A stretch of DNA of 64,000 nt, from assembly GCA_951406725.2 (NCBI GenBank), contig OX597816.1, positions 171,678,001 through 171,742,000 on the forward strand, given 5' to 3'. The notes beneath the pieces were generated by a model that had not been told where the DNA came from, searched no databases, and saw only the letters and a list, made by a program, of their open reading frames with translations. This stretch comes from Octopus vulgaris (taxonomy: Eukaryota). Position numbers and translations under genes: made by a program. This document shows, in pieces, positions 39,941 to 54,255 of the stretch; position 1 is the first letter of the stretch, and every line of letters begins with the position of its first letter.

Positions 39941-40524
39941 CAACTAATTTCTAAGTGGCTAGTGTGGTATGCTTCAAACAAACTGAGTTTCAGCTTGGTG
40001 TCTCTTCCTTGATAAAGGTCCCCATCCTTTTTAATCCTTATTAGGGAAAACGTGAAAGTAATGGTTTTCATATCCACGAAGCCACCAGGTAATCGCTCTA
40101 GTATTGAAGTTTCAGTGAAAGACAACGACAGCCACAACAGTCTTTTTCTTGTGACGGATATGCTTAAAAAAAAAAGTCTGACATCTTGTTATACGATTGG
40201 TACTTCTTTAAGGATCCTGTTAGGCACGTCCTCAAATGCTAAAATAATAAATGCTTGTGAAAATCAAACTTTACGTGACGTTTTAGTATTGCGCTGAAAA
40301 TAACTGCAATGTTAAACGACAAATATATCTGCATGCACACGCACGTATACGCACGAAATATAATTTCTACTTAACTTCTTATGTAAGTTATGGGAAATAC
40401 CAACAGCAGAACTAAAAATAGTACAGATATTCATCATCTAAAACAACAACAACAACAACAACAAAAATGCTGTTGGGAATGAGTCGATCAAATCGACCCC
40501 TGGTTCTTGTCTCGTACTCTATTT

Positions 40525-40640
40525 GGATCTTTTCGGTTTGAACGGTAGTTTTTAACATCATTTCTAGGTAACTAAAAAATTTTAAACTTCGTATACTGGT
40601 AGAATGTGTTTATAAAACATCTTTTTCTCTTGGCTTTATT
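40525..40640 (-). mobile_element. MITE fragment within a decayed SINE B
   Basis: One TIR plus ~90 bp of body; SINE B remnants on both sides. Confidence 0.75.
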
Positions 40641-41084
40641 TTATCGACCCCGAAAATGGAAAGCAAAGTCGACCGCAGCGAGATTTCCTTCTAAAACGTA
40701 AAGAACAGGAGTAATTGTTACAAGTCTGTGTTCATACTGCCTACGGTCCAACGAGTCTGCTGATCCCACCACCATGTCTTGTCTGAAAATAATAAATATC
40801 ATGGTTTATAAATCGCGTTTTCCTACGGCTTTTTCTTTTCTTAAAAAGAGACTTTTATGTGGAAAGGAAGTTGGCAATTGCGTGGACCATGAGAATAACG
40901 GAACCAACTGGCACTTGTATCTCTGACAAAGTCACTTAACACTGAAATGTTCAGTCCATCCAAGCGTTCTTCAGAACTATATTGACGAATAATTCACTGA
41001 TATAAGCAGCGAGACATGTTATAACTTGGGATACTTACCTTATACGTGTTATGAGTATACGTGTTATGAGTATAAATGCATGTG

Positions 41085-41137
<53 letters not shown>

Positions 41138-41230
41138 GTTAGAAGGCTTGGAGATGATATACAGATATTAGAAGAAATGAGGTACTTAGAAATTCGGATG
41201 GTTTTATATTTACAGATATTTATTTGTATA

Positions 41231-42494
41231 CTAGCATTATGACCCGTGGTTGCTGGGTCATAGTGCTAGTGCATGTATATAAGTGTATATATATGTATAC
41301 ATATTACATGTACATCTATATATATACAACGTAAGGGGTATTAGCCATCTGAATGTGGCTAGCCACTGGGGTGGGGTGGGGTGTTACTGATGCTTCAGTA
41401 ACACCCCCCCCCAGTGGCTAGCCACATTCAGATGGCTAATACCCCTTACGTTGTCGAGCGGTTACTGTTTATATCTCGTTCAGAGATTTATTATTGTTTT
41501 TTATATATATACATCTACACATAAAATACAAAATACAAAGTTATATCTTGATATCGCTAGTGATAACAATACTCAAAATATATAACAGACTGGAATTGTA
41601 GGCCCGTCTCTTGCAATTTCGATCAATTGTATCTTGTCCTCCTTCTTGTATAGAAGTGTGGCTACAATCCAGCCTACCTCTACTTCTGGGGGGACATTTA
41701 AAATTTTTATCCGGGGCGTCCTACGTCCCAGATATAAAGGTAAAAATAAAATATTTCCATTTTGCAAGGTTCGAGTCGAGTACTGCCTTGCACGCTCCAT
41801 TAACTCGAACCTTGCTTCTATTGTGGCGAATTTACCGCCTCTGATTAGATACCTTTCATAGTCACAACAAGACACCTTTCGATGGTGCTTTCCTCCAGGT
41901 GTTCAAATCTTTTTTTTCTCTACATTGTATACTTTATAGACAATAGTCTTTTCTTTAATTTAACTTATTAATTCGTTTGGTGGTGTTATCCTAGATTCTC
42001 CGTCTTTGTCGGTGATGAATCCGAAATAGGTTTGTATTTCTTCTATCGAAACTCCATCTGGACTATTCCATTTCTGCACACTAATTTTATTTTTAATTTA
42101 TTCCCATTCATGTGAAACCACTTATTCAAGTTCAAGTCATTGATGCAATTTTATACCAATTGCTATTTTTACTTTTGTTATGTTACGATTTAATTATTAT
42201 ATTATACTTTAGGTTGATTTTAATTATTACTTACTACATATAATTCAATTGTTATTATTATCTCTAATTTTTATTGTTAAAGTGAAAGTATCTGACATGA
42301 AATAGAGAAATGTTTTTGTTTCACTTTTAACACGTAATACTGAAATAGTGGAAAAGATATGATATTGCTATGGGCTCGCCCTAAGCAAGAAGTTGAACTT
42401 TTTTTTTGCCGATGACACTCCCCGGACCCTAAGTAAGACATGTGTAAAATTTGAATGAAATTGGTTGTGTAGTTTTCAAGTTTTAGGGAAACAC

Positions 42495-42529
<35 letters not shown>

Positions 42530-42557
42530 TACATTCTCAGTTTTATATATAGAGAGA
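41231..42557 (-). mobile_element. Non-autonomous Helitron-like element with internal cargo
   Basis: Minus strand reads A|TCTCTCTATATATAAAA..(GTCT)n ... GACCC-AGCAACCAC-GGGTC-ATAATG-CTAG|T. Confidence 0.6.
41573..42085 (-). pseudogene. Diverged Tx1/L1-type ORF1 fragment
   Basis: FLPLYLGRRTPRIKILNVPPEVEVGWIVATLL aligns with LLPVYLGRRASRVRVENIPPEVNVTWLVAAIL of 33443-34180. Confidence 0.7.
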
Positions 42558-42880
42558 TTACATGTTTTTATACATCATATAACTTATATCATATATCATA
42601 TATTCTCAGTGATTGACAGCTAAATAAATATTAAGTTTTATCATACAGAAGCAACTGGTTCCATAAATTAAAGTAAAATGGTTTCATTCATATATTAGAA
42701 CATCATTTGTTCAATGTTGTATTTTCAAAAACCAAAACATATGTGTAGAACTCTGTGTGTGTGTGCGTGTGTGTGTGTGTATGTGTGTGTGTGTGTATGT
42801 GTGTGTGTGTGTGTGTGTTTAATACAATTTACTTTATAAATTTGGTCCTTCATCTGGTACAGCTTATTATGGAGATATTT

Positions 42881-43699
42881 TCAGCCATTCAATTTTGAGA
42901 AGTACTTAGTTATGAAGTATTTTTCCATATTCCCCCTGAAGGAGGAATTTGTAGAATTTGGACATTTGTAGAAGGGAAAGATCTTAAATTTTCCTTCTCC
43001 ACATGTATCTAGGTGACTACTTTTAAATTTCATTTCTATGTCTCCCTCTATATATTTGTAGGTGGGGTTACTGCAGATCCCACATCTACCATCTCCGCAC
43101 TCTTTTACAAAGAATTCAGTTTTAGTTTCTGATGAGAATTTCGCTCTTGTTAGATGTTTCTTCAGGTTTTTGTCTTGTCGTCTACTGATTTTTATGCAAT
43201 ATTTGTTTAGTAAGTTTTCCATTTTGGGGCTTTGTAAGACTATTGGTAGGTTTGAATGTATGATTTGAAACATGTTTGTAACTCCAGGGTTGTGTGTGTT
43301 TATGAAAGGGATAATGTTTCTTTATTTTTTTGTTTTGGGTGTCCTGAGTTGTGTGATGTCTAGTTTCATTGCTCTTGAGATTCTATTTTCTATTAGTTTA
43401 AGGGGGTATCTTTGTTCTAGTAGGAAGTTTTAAAGTTCATCTAGTCTTATTAGGCGTATTTGTGAGTCAGTTACTATGCTGCATATGCATCTTGCCATAC
43501 AATATGGGATGTTTCTTTTTATGTTGGATGGGTGGCAGGAGTAGAAATTTAAATATTGGTGTGTGTCGGTTTTTTTGTAGTGGATGTCTGTTGTGATGAT
43601 GGAGTTGTGTATCTTGATGTTGATGTCCAGGAAGGAAAGTTCATTGTGGCTGGTATCTATTGTGAAGTTGATAGATGGGTGCAGTGTGTTGATGGACAA
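42881..43699 (-). pseudogene. Penelope-like element fragment (RT C-terminus/thumb plus deleted GIY-YIG region)
   Basis: LHPSINFT..LSFLDI..TDIHYKKTDTHQYL..SCHP..IPY; C.DGRCGIC; FPFYK; E.YFI....LN. Confidence 0.85.
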
Positions 43700-44319
43700 T
43701 CATACACATAAACGCAAATAGTAATATACAGAAACAAATCTAAGTACTGAGGCCTCTGCTTCACAGAGCAACTTTTCTGCATCTGCCATCACCGCTCCAA
43801 TCCTAAGCTAAAGGCTTGAGCTCCTCTCAACTTGCCTAATATACTGATACTCCTGGCAGCTAACTTCAAAATAGACCCACTGGATACCTAATAAAGCGAA
43901 CGGATGCCTTCGACCGCATGGCCAGCCGTATGACCTGTATCATATCAAGACACATCATTAATCATACAACCAATCATTTGATTAACCTGAAAGCAGAACA
44001 ACATGCTGATACTGGTTTGAAAGAATGAACGTGAAAGAGAACAGTACCAGTCACATGGTTAATCCTCTGACGAACCACGCGGCCAGACAAAAGGCGTTCA
44101 ACAGCTGCTACTTTTCCATTTTCCATTCTTTTTGAGATAGCTAACAATCAAGAACCGCGAATCAACGCCAGTCAAACATACACGCTGTTTATACGTAGTT
44201 CGGTTGATAGAATAAACTGGATATTCATTGTCGAAAGTGATGGAGATCCATTTATTTCGACATTTACAGAGTTTATTGTGTATATATATATTCATGTGGC
44301 ACGTTGGCCCAACCATTAC

Positions 44320-44737
<418 letters not shown>

Positions 44738-44805
44738 GTGATATATATGTATTCATGTATATAAACATATACATTTATCTGTGTGTACGTGTATGAATGT
44801 TTGTG

Positions 44806-44837
<32 letters not shown>

Positions 44838-44872
44838 TGTATGTATGTATGTATGTATGTATATGTGTGTGA

Positions 44873-44920
<48 letters not shown>

Positions 44921-45282
44921 ACATATAAGCTACTCTTTCGAATACAGACACACATATGCAAGTACGCTCGCACATGTACACACACACACATCTACAAACA
45001 TAAACTGATACATTTGATACTAGCTTTAAATAGTTCGTATCATTTGAAATTCTATGAGACAACTAACACTGTGTCGGGTTAAGGTATGCAGGTACCAGCC
45101 AGTGTCCTGTTGATACCATCGGTTTAGTAACGAGACACTGGACTGTGTGGGGCAGCCTGACAAAGTCCATTTGGTAATCAGCGGTACACGACAGAAAACA
45201 ATTAAATTTTTTTTTTTAAACAGAATTTCTTCTCTTATCAGTTGAACCAGTTCTTATACAAGAGGGACATTATTTAGTGTCT

Positions 45283-45316
<34 letters not shown>

Positions 45317-45403
45317 ATCGTTATTATCTTTGCTTTAATTGAAGCTTACCAATATCTTGTATGACGATTGATTGAGACTGTTGGCACCTCTCCTACCCGA
45401 TAA

Positions 45404-45660
45404 AGAAGAAAAGAAGGAGGAAGAGAGGGAGAGGAGGGAGAGGAAAAGAAGAAGAAAAGGAGGAGGAGGAGGAGAAAAAGAAGGCGAAAAGGAGAAGAAA
45501 AGAAGGAGGAAGAGAGGGAGAGGAGGAAGAGGAAAAGAAGAAGAAAAGGAAGAGGAGGAGGAGGAGGAAAAGAAGACGAAAAGAAGAAAAGAAAGAGAAA
45601 GAGGAGGAAGAGGAGAAGAAGCAGAAGAAGAAGAAGAAGAAGAAGAAGAAGAAGAAGAAG

Positions 45661-45700
<40 letters not shown>

Positions 45701-45710
45701 GCAGCAGCAG
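45404..45710. repeat. Purine-rich (GAA/GAG)n plus (CAA/CAG)n low-complexity tract
   Basis: Visible trinucleotide runs. Confidence 0.9.
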
Positions 45711-46106
45711 CATGTTAGTACTTTTACTTTACGAGCGAATCTCAGCTGAAATGAAATGACGCGAAAACCTCCACATGGTTGCTCGACTTGCAAGAAATAT
45801 CAGTCATATTTCCCTAAAAATCAAACCTTATCAAATACGAAGACATACTTGTTAGTATAGTTCTATAGCCCTATATACAATGTGTCTGAAAAAAAAAAGA
45901 CGAAATGAGAACAGCTGGAAAGCTGGAGCACATTTGATTATGGACCAGTCACACTATCCATGCCTAGGTCCCAACAAAAACAACAACTACTACTGCTACT
46001 GAAATAAAGTTTGTCTAACACTAAATGGATCACAAGCCAATCCGAAGATCTTGTTACCGGTGAAGGGACAAAAGTTATGTTTAGTAATCAGTATTAATAA
46101 TAGTTT

Positions 46107-46508
46107 AAGGCGCTGAGCTGGCAGAATCGTTAGCACACCGGTCAAAATGCTTAGCGGCACTTTGGGTGCCGTTACGTTCTGAGTTCAGACTCTGCCAAGG
46201 TCGACTTTGCCTTTCATCCTTTCGGGGTCGATTAAATAAGTACCAGTTACGCACTGGGGTTGATATAATCGACTTAATCCGTTTGTCTGTCCTTGTTCGT
46301 CCCCTGTGTGTTTAGCCCCTTGTGGGTAGTTTAGAAATAGGTATTTCGTCTGCCGTTACGTTCTGAGTTCAGACTCTGCCAAGGTCGACTTTGCTTTTCA
46401 TCCTTTCGGGGTGATAAAATAAGTACCAGTTAAGCACTGGAGTCGATGTAATCGGCTAACCCACCCACCAAACTTGCTGGCCTTGTGCCAAAATTTGAAA
46501 CCAATATT
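46107..46508 (+). mobile_element. SINE family B composite (tail 1, then restart at the B-box with tail 2)
   Basis: Two GAGTTCAGACTCTGCCAAGGTCGAC modules. Confidence 0.85.
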
Positions 46509-46599
46509 AGAAATTGTTGGATTTTTAGAACCCCACTTTCTAGTCAGAATTCAAGTTGTAGACTTCGTGTTTTGTCCTTCCGGAAGTCGTTTAAAAAAT

Positions 46600-47095
46600 G
46601 TGCAACCCACGAATCCATCCCTTAAATATCTGTTCTTTACGACTGATAGACGACATTATTATTAGTAATTTGTGTGTACTTGTTGAGTCTGGAGGAAAGA
46701 CGAGCGGGGACAATATTCTAGAGGGCCACTGTTCTGGAGAGAAAGGAATGAATATAGTGGCCAGTGCAGGGCCGATGAGTTGGACACATGGGCGCTTGAA
46801 TGGAGAAGGTACAAGACCAATCAGCTCTGAGGAACAAAAGCCATTATAGTGGTGATAGAAAAGACAGAAAGAGGAGACAACTGTGGGACAGAGTTTGGTG
46901 CATATCAATTAGTGATTTAATGCCAATCATTCGAGTGACTTTCCTCTACATACAGCACAGGATGCATATCTGTGTAGCAGCAGCATCGTCCCAGATAGGG
47001 GAGCAGCACTTCACTGTAGATAGACTTGAGCATTGCAGAATGTCACCAACTTTTAGGGGCCAAAATATTTTTTAACCTTTAAGAAAAAGACTGGA
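46600..47095 (-). pseudogene. Decayed CR1/Jockey-type LINE ORF2 C-terminal fragment
   Basis: KCCSPIWD (cf. EYCSPIW), RKVTRMIG, VSSFCLFYHHYNGFCSSELIGLVP. Confidence 0.65.
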
Positions 47096-47671
47096 AGGGT
47101 CAGTTTTGTTAGGACGCAGTCATTGCTATACTGAAGATGTGCTTTCCCTAAGAGAGAATCTTGACGATAGTGAAGAATAGCATCTGGAGTGACCATGAGG
47201 GTTCTTATTTAGTGCCGCATATGTTTTTAAGAGGTATACAGTGTGATGGTATTTTCTTGATATGAGTAGTACTTGAGGTTTTTCTCTCTTTTTTATTTAT
47301 TTATATAAACACACAGTTTCCCATCGAGATCAGGGTGCCATTTGTGGCAGAAGATTTGTTTGGAATCCAAATCACAGAAGAAACCCACGAAGGAAATTGC
47401 CAGGGCAGCTGAGGCCAGTTCAAGGTCATTGTTGTTGACAAGAAGCGGTAGACGGAACCTTTCTGTCGGCGAATGCTAATTCAGTCCTCACTGCCCCACT
47501 CAGGCGAAAAGTGTAGACTAAGGGGCGAAATTGTTGTGACCCTGGGTTACCTTCCCGAAAATAAAGAAGAATTAACAACATTGCGGTAGTTTTAGTCATC
47601 CTAAGAAGAAAAACTTGCAACATCTTTAAGTAGATCCTGCAGGTTCTGTGGTGGGCAACGCATCTCTGAGG

Positions 47672-47714
<43 letters not shown>

Positions 47715-47846
47715 TTATATATATATATATAATCCAACGAAAAGAGGACAATTATATATATACATACACACACACATATGCATACATACATACATACATA
47801 CATACATACATACATACATACATACATACATACATACATACATACA

Positions 47847-47881
<35 letters not shown>

Positions 47882-47924
47882 GCAATTATATACATATATA
47901 TATATACACACATACATACATATA

Positions 47925-49154
47925 CACAGACATGAAAGAAGTAAATAGACACCCTTATAATCATCAAAATTCATTTAACTCTGAAATTATACATTCAAAT
48001 TATTTGTTAGTTGTTGTAATGAGAACATTTAATATTTAGTGACATGCTCTTCGCATTTTTCAATGCAAGGGTCCTATTAGGCCTGTTACTGATCAGATGG
48101 TGAATATTCTCTTGCGGAATTTCTTGCTAAGTTTCATACAATGATCTCAAAAGATCTGGCTTTGAAGATGCTTTCTTGTTCTGTTTATGAAATGTCCTGT
48201 CAGTTATTCCCCAGAGGTGTTCAATAGGGTTCATATCTGATGACTGGCTTGGCTAAGGAAACTTTCTAATGCCATTCTTTTCTAACAAATCTTGGGTCAT
48301 TTTAACCGCGTGACAAGGAATATTATCTTAAATAGAGAGTCTTCTTTAATCATTTCACCACTGGAGAAGTTTGGAAGGAGTCCTTTCTGCAATATGGACA
48401 CATATTTATTTGAATTTATCTTTCCCTCACACTCCACCAGCTCTGATCAATCATTGCTCCAAATTGTTCCCCAGACCATCACAGAATAGCTGCCGTGTTT
48501 CATTGCTGGTTGCAATCTTTTCACATCAAATTCTTGATCACAGAATCTCCAGACCCACACTAGACCACTGTCAGAAAATACAGCAAATCTGGACTCATCA
48601 GAGAATATAACAGTGTCCTAAAATACTACTGGCCTTTCCACCATCATACTGGCCCAATCTTTTCTCCACTTGATGTTGGCTGGTCGAAGAAGTGGCTTCC
48701 TTCTTCCTGCTCTGCCATAATAACCAAGCTTGTGGAGAGACACCTGACAGCTGTTCTGGGACTGACATCAACTTGCTCTGCTATGTCAGAGGTCTTGCGA
48801 CGAAGATTATCCTCTACACTTCTCTTAGCAAAGGGTCCTGGTTGAGCTGTGTGAGGTGATGTGGACCCCTTCCCCTCCCTGGGGAATTGCACAATCACTC
48901 TGTTAACTGTAGAAAGCGGGATCCTAAGGTTTTCTGTGATTTTACGCTGACTATATCCACCTTCAGAATGACCCACAATACGGATTCTATGAAATTCAGA
49001 CAGTTCCAAGGATTCTTTTGTATATGGCCTGATTAAACAGTCACATATAGAATCTGAAACATAAAAATGTCAATTAATAAGAAATATAAACTTTTACAAG
49101 TTAGAATAAACAGAAAATGATGTTTATGGGGTGTCTATTGATTTCTAACATGTG

Positions 49155-49155
<1 letters not shown>
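47925..49155 (-). mobile_element. Decayed Tc1-family transposon
   Basis: N-terminal HTH (YSQRKITENLRIPLSTVNRVI), DESRFA, SVMVWGTIW, DNIPCH, SSDMNPIEHLW; imperfect TIRs sharing AATAGACACCC..ATAA..CATC; TA-rich flanks. Confidence 0.85.
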
Positions 49156-49186
<31 letters not shown>

Positions 49187-49201
49187 TGTATGTATGTGTG
49201 A

Positions 49202-49250
<49 letters not shown>

Positions 49251-49379
49251 TATATATATACTGAGGAGTCCAGTGTAATTCATGGGTATGAGAGGTGCAG
49301 CTGAAGTGTACGAGAGTAGAAAGTCCAGTGAGAGAATCCTTAAAAGTTCGTTGGGTGATGAGAGGAGACAGGATCAACT

Positions 49380-51921
49380 GGTGCGGCGCGCGGACCTCTA
49401 CAAGGCCGAAGCTCTCCGCTAACTTCAAGACACCTCCTTCTGCTGCTCTCTGCCCTCTGACCCCACGTCCAGCTACCAACAGACTGTGTCCTCCACTATC
49501 CATGACCTCATCTCCTCTTCCCGTCTCCTCCCCACCGCCTCCAACCTCATTGTCCGCACCTCTCGCATCCCCACTATTTACTTCCTCACCCAAATTCACA
49601 AACCTATCAACCCTGGCAGCCCCATCGTCTCTGCCTGCAACTGCCCCACCGAACTCATCTCCAGATATCTTGACCGTGTCCTTGCTCCCCTAGTGGCTTC
49701 CCTCCGCTCTCACATCCATGACACCAACCACGCGCTTCGTTTGTTCAACTTTTTCTCCTTCCCTCCTGGTTCCTCTAAACTTCTCTTCACTCTCGACATC
49801 CAGAACCTTTACACGGTGATCCCTCACCACGAGGGACTGCGTACAGTCCAACATTTCCTTGATCTTCGACCCAACCCCCAACCTGACACATCCACACTCT
49901 TTCGTCTGGCCGAACTTGTCCTCTCACTCAACTGCTTCTCGTTCGCTGGTGATTTCTACCAGCAGAATTTCGGAAGTGGCCATGTGAACGAGAATGGGCC
50001 TCAACTATGCGAACCTGTTCGTTGGCTATGTTGAGGTCCAAATATTATCAAGTTTCACTGGTCCCACTTCCGAACTATACGGCCGTTATATTGACGACTG
50101 TATTGGTGCGACCTCACTCTTCCGCGAACATCTAGATTTCTTCCTCTCTTTTGTCAAATCCTTCAATCCTGCCCTCCACTTCTCCTGCACTATTTCTGAC
50201 ACCTCTGTCTCTTTTCTTGACATTTCGGTCAGCATTCATCACTCCACTCTCACCTCCTCCACAAACACACATACTCACACTCATACCTCAACTTCTCCTC
50301 CTCCCACCTTAAAGACATCAAGCTTCCCATCCCCTATTCCCAATTCCTCCGTCTACGCAGACTCTGCAGTGACGACTATGACTTTGAGACTCAGTCTCAA
50401 CTCATGGCTCGCCACTTCCTCCTACCTGGATATCCCCACACCACCCTTGCCAGAGCACGTTCCGTGGACCGTGCATCTACTCTCTCCCACGAACCCGCCC
50501 CGCCGTCTCCCGCCTTCTGTTTCCCCTCAACTACCACCCCAGCACCCGACCTCTACAACGCACTATTCTCAGAGCCTTCCGGCGACTCCAGTCCGACCCC
50601 TCACTTCGCACATCTTCCCTAACGTACCTCTCTCTCTCCTCCTTCAAACGAGCCCATAAACCTACGACATCTCTTGGTCCACAGCTTCTTCCCTAACCCA
50701 ACCTCCCAGCCCGGCTCGTTCCCCTGCTCCCGCCCACGCTGCCGCACTTGCCCTTACCTCTCCAACACCACCCTCCTCATCGGCACCCATCATCGACCCT
50801 ATCACATCACCGACTCCACCTGCACTTCTACCAATGTCATCTACTGCATCTCCTGCTCTCTCTGCCCTTCTCTCGGGCAAACTTGGCTGACCGGTTCGCG
50901 GAACACCTCCGAGACACCCGACTCGGCAATGCTACCCCGACTCGCGTTATTTCCGCTCTACCGGTCACACTTTGCAACACCTGTCCGTGTTCGGATTGTC
51001 CTTGTACAGGGGCCATCCTGACTCCTGTTTGCGCCGTGGACAGGTATTAATCTTCTCTCTTCGCTCCTTTGCACCACATGGGCTCAACTCTTCTCTCTTC
51101 TTCATCTAACCTCCTCCCCTCGCCCTCCCTCTCACACCTACTTCCTCCTACCTACCTCTCCTCTCTTGCTCCGACTCCTACTTCTTCTCTTCACTCCTAC
51201 TCTCCTCTCTTTTCTTCACTCCTACCCACCTTCTCCTTCCCCCTTCATCGTCACCCCTCCATCGTAACCCCATCCCACCCTACACATTCCAACTCCACCT
51301 TCTCTATCCTTCCCATCCCACTCCACCGCATCCCTTACACCCATTCCAACATGCCCCATCTCTACACCCACCCTCAGCCTAACCCACACTCCACCCTTGC
51401 TTTCCCCACACTCGCCTCTTCCACCTCCCAACACCATCACACCACACCACACACCACCATGCCATACACCACCATTCCACACTCCACCATGCCACACAAT
51501 ACATCACATCACATCACACCACCACGCACACACTAGCACTGACCACTTCCCAGCCCCACATCCACACACCTACACATACACACACGAACACGTCAAGGTC
51601 ACCAGCCCTCTTCCACACGCACATAGATACTCTCTTATAAACACGCACGCGCACCTTCGTTTTGGGATCACCACTACTTTATTATCTCCCCTCCTTCCTA
51701 GCTCTCCTGTGTGACCCTTCTATCCGACATTCGCCATAATAGATCGCTAGCCATTACACATTCTTTATTTTCTCTCCTTGTTTCTTTCTGTGTTCCTTTC
51801 TGTAGAAGAGCGTAGGCTCGAAACGTTAAAGACTTTTTCACTTCCCGAGCGTTAAACTAATACATCTGTTTGTTGTCTACACCACTTGTCTTCGTCTTTT
51901 GTTTTTTGTGAATTCTCCCCT
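49380..51921 (+). mobile_element. 5'-truncated Penelope-like element (RT + GIY-YIG, Neptune-like) with 3' terminal repeat
   Basis: QIHKPINPGSPIVS, FTLDIQNLYTVIPH, MGLNYANLFVG, YGRYIDD, FLDISV, CSRPRCRTCP, TCTSTNVIYCISC; frameshifts and stops. Confidence 0.9.
51796..51831 (+). ncRNA. Minimal hammerhead variant (CUGUAGA core) in the PLE terminal repeat
   Basis: CTTT-CTGTAGA-A-GAGC[GTAG]GCTC-GAAA-CG-TT-AAAG. Confidence 0.65.
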
Positions 51922-51946
51922 ATACATACATACATACATACATACA

Positions 51947-52018
<72 letters not shown>

Positions 52019-52105
52019 TATATATATATATATATACATACATACATACATGTTGGTGATTTTTTTTCCTCCGTCTTCCCTTCTCTGGATCTATCCTTTT
52101 CCTAT

Positions 52106-52140
52106 GTTTCTGACGAAGAGCTCCGCTCGAAACGTTAAAC
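52106..52140 (+). ncRNA. Minimal type I hammerhead ribozyme
   Basis: GTTT-CTGACGA-A-GAGC[TCC]GCTC-GAAA-CG-TT-AAAC, inside a second terminal-repeat-like unit (~52052-52245). Confidence 0.85.
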
Positions 52141-53046
52141 CCTCCTTCTTCCCTTCATTCCTGAGCGTCCAATAATACTATATTTGTTCCACGTCCTCGC
52201 GTTGTTGTGTTTTCTCTTTGTGTTTTCATGTTTGGATTCACTAACAATATATATATCTATATCTATCTATCTGTATATATATGTAAACAATACATATATA
52301 CAAATACATATATATATATGTATATGTCTGTATAGCTATATGTGTGTTCTTGTGTATGTGTGCGTGTGTATCTATATGTATGTATGTATTTGACCCGATG
52401 CTTTTGTCAGTATTTGGGTGCAGTTATGAATGGTGTTCTATATAAACGCATTCATACCTAGTTAGGAATGATTTTTTTTTATATATAACCTCTTTTTTAT
52501 AGCTAACAGATATGAGACAACCTATAGAAATATATTCGTAACGTTTGCTTTCTGTTTGAAAACCCCGACAAACTATTCTTAAATATAACCACAGTCATGC
52601 ATGCATACATACATACATACATACATACATACATACATACATACATACAGCCATCTCCATATATATGTGTGTGTGTATGTGTGTATGTGTGTGTGTGTGT
52701 GTTTAAATGTGATAAAAACTAATGAGGTATATTTTTCTTGGTCTGCTACAATAACCATCAGGTTTTCATTTGTAATATATATATATATATTGTGTAGTCT
52801 GCATTCAATTAGAACTGGTATTGTACAGGAGTTACAAGCTTCCACGCGATTCAAACGGCGACGCAACTTCAATTTATTTAACCTTCGAATATATCAGTCG
52901 CAAGATGTCTTGAACTATGCACTGTGAATTGGAGTAACTTCCAAACACTGAAAGAGGGAACACTTACGTGGTCTCTTGACACTGTAATTAGTTGTAATTA
53001 AATCGCCTTCAAATTGTACCCAACGTACAACCGGAACTACATTATC

Positions 53047-53478
53047 AGATCTTTTCGGTTTGAACGGCAGTTTTTTCTAGCGGTGTCATATGAAATTGTC
53101 ACCCATAACTATGACTCTAGTATCTATCTATTGCATTTCAATCTATTTTAGGGTTAGGGTTAGGGTTAGGATTAGGGTTAGGGGTGGGGGAAGGGTATCT
53201 TTTTTCTTCACAAATGTAAATAAACCCAATCTGTTTCTTAAACGAGGGACATATTCATACGGCACAGAATGCTTCTTAACTCAATAGACGGTCATTGATT
53301 GGTTGAAATTGCAGAAATTGAAGAAAAAAAAAACAAATATCTTACAAACTATAGAATTTTCTCAATAAAGCCAAGAGAAAAAGATGTTTTATAAACACAT
53401 TCTACCAGTATACGAAGTTTAAAACTTTTTAGTTACCTGAAATTATGTTAAAAACTCCCGTTCAAACCGAAAAGATCC
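53047..53478 (+). mobile_element. GGATC-TIR MITE (no TSD)
   Basis: Both TIRs present; flanks do not match. Confidence 0.9.
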
Positions 53479-54255
53479 CTTTTTTTTATATATATAAATA
53501 AAAACAAAAGAGTGAAATTTGAGGGAGAATTAGCTACTGATTTTAACGGCTCAAGGTTCTTTAGATATATGGACGAAAGTTTTAAGAAAACTGTATTGAC
53601 AATATTTTTCAATATCATATTGTGCATGAAAAGTGAAACTAGAGTTGTCCATTAAGAATAAGTGGTTCAAAATTACTTTAGGCAACTGGACATTTGTAAA
53701 GATTCTCCTCTGCTCTACCTTGTACGCAATGCATAACACGGATTCTTCAGTGATAATTCAACGATTCGTCAGAGGTTATGAGACATTGCCCTTTATTAAC
53801 CAAATGATTTGTATTCTGCGAATTACTGTCTTGAGACATCGTGTTAGGAAAAATAAAGTCGATCGTTGAATCTGTAATTAGTAAGCTCTAACCTCTTTGC
53901 TAAATATATCATTTAGCTCATTGTAAATTGTTTTCGTCTAGCTCCAGTTCACTGGTAAGATAGAAAACAGGGATGAAAAGTATTCCAGTAGTGACCATCC
54001 TGTCTTGTTTCAACAGGTTGTAATTTCATGGAGATTCGGCTGCTAAATATACATGCAGATTCTCACTTGCTAGAACAATGGCTGTGGTGTGTCCCTAGTT
54101 GTTCGTCTATCGAAGTGTTATATACGGTTTGCTCTATTACCGTAAACTGCCACTGTATGTTAGTGTCTTTTCCTTCTTTACCTTTTTAGCTCTGTCTTGA
54201 CAAAAGACTACTGCCTTCTCAATATTTTCTTTACAAGGTAAAACTAATAACCTTG

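Noticed and set aside
45335-45793. Glu/Arg/Gln-rich ORF
   Set aside because: Trinucleotide low-complexity tract open on both strands; no domain or splice evidence.
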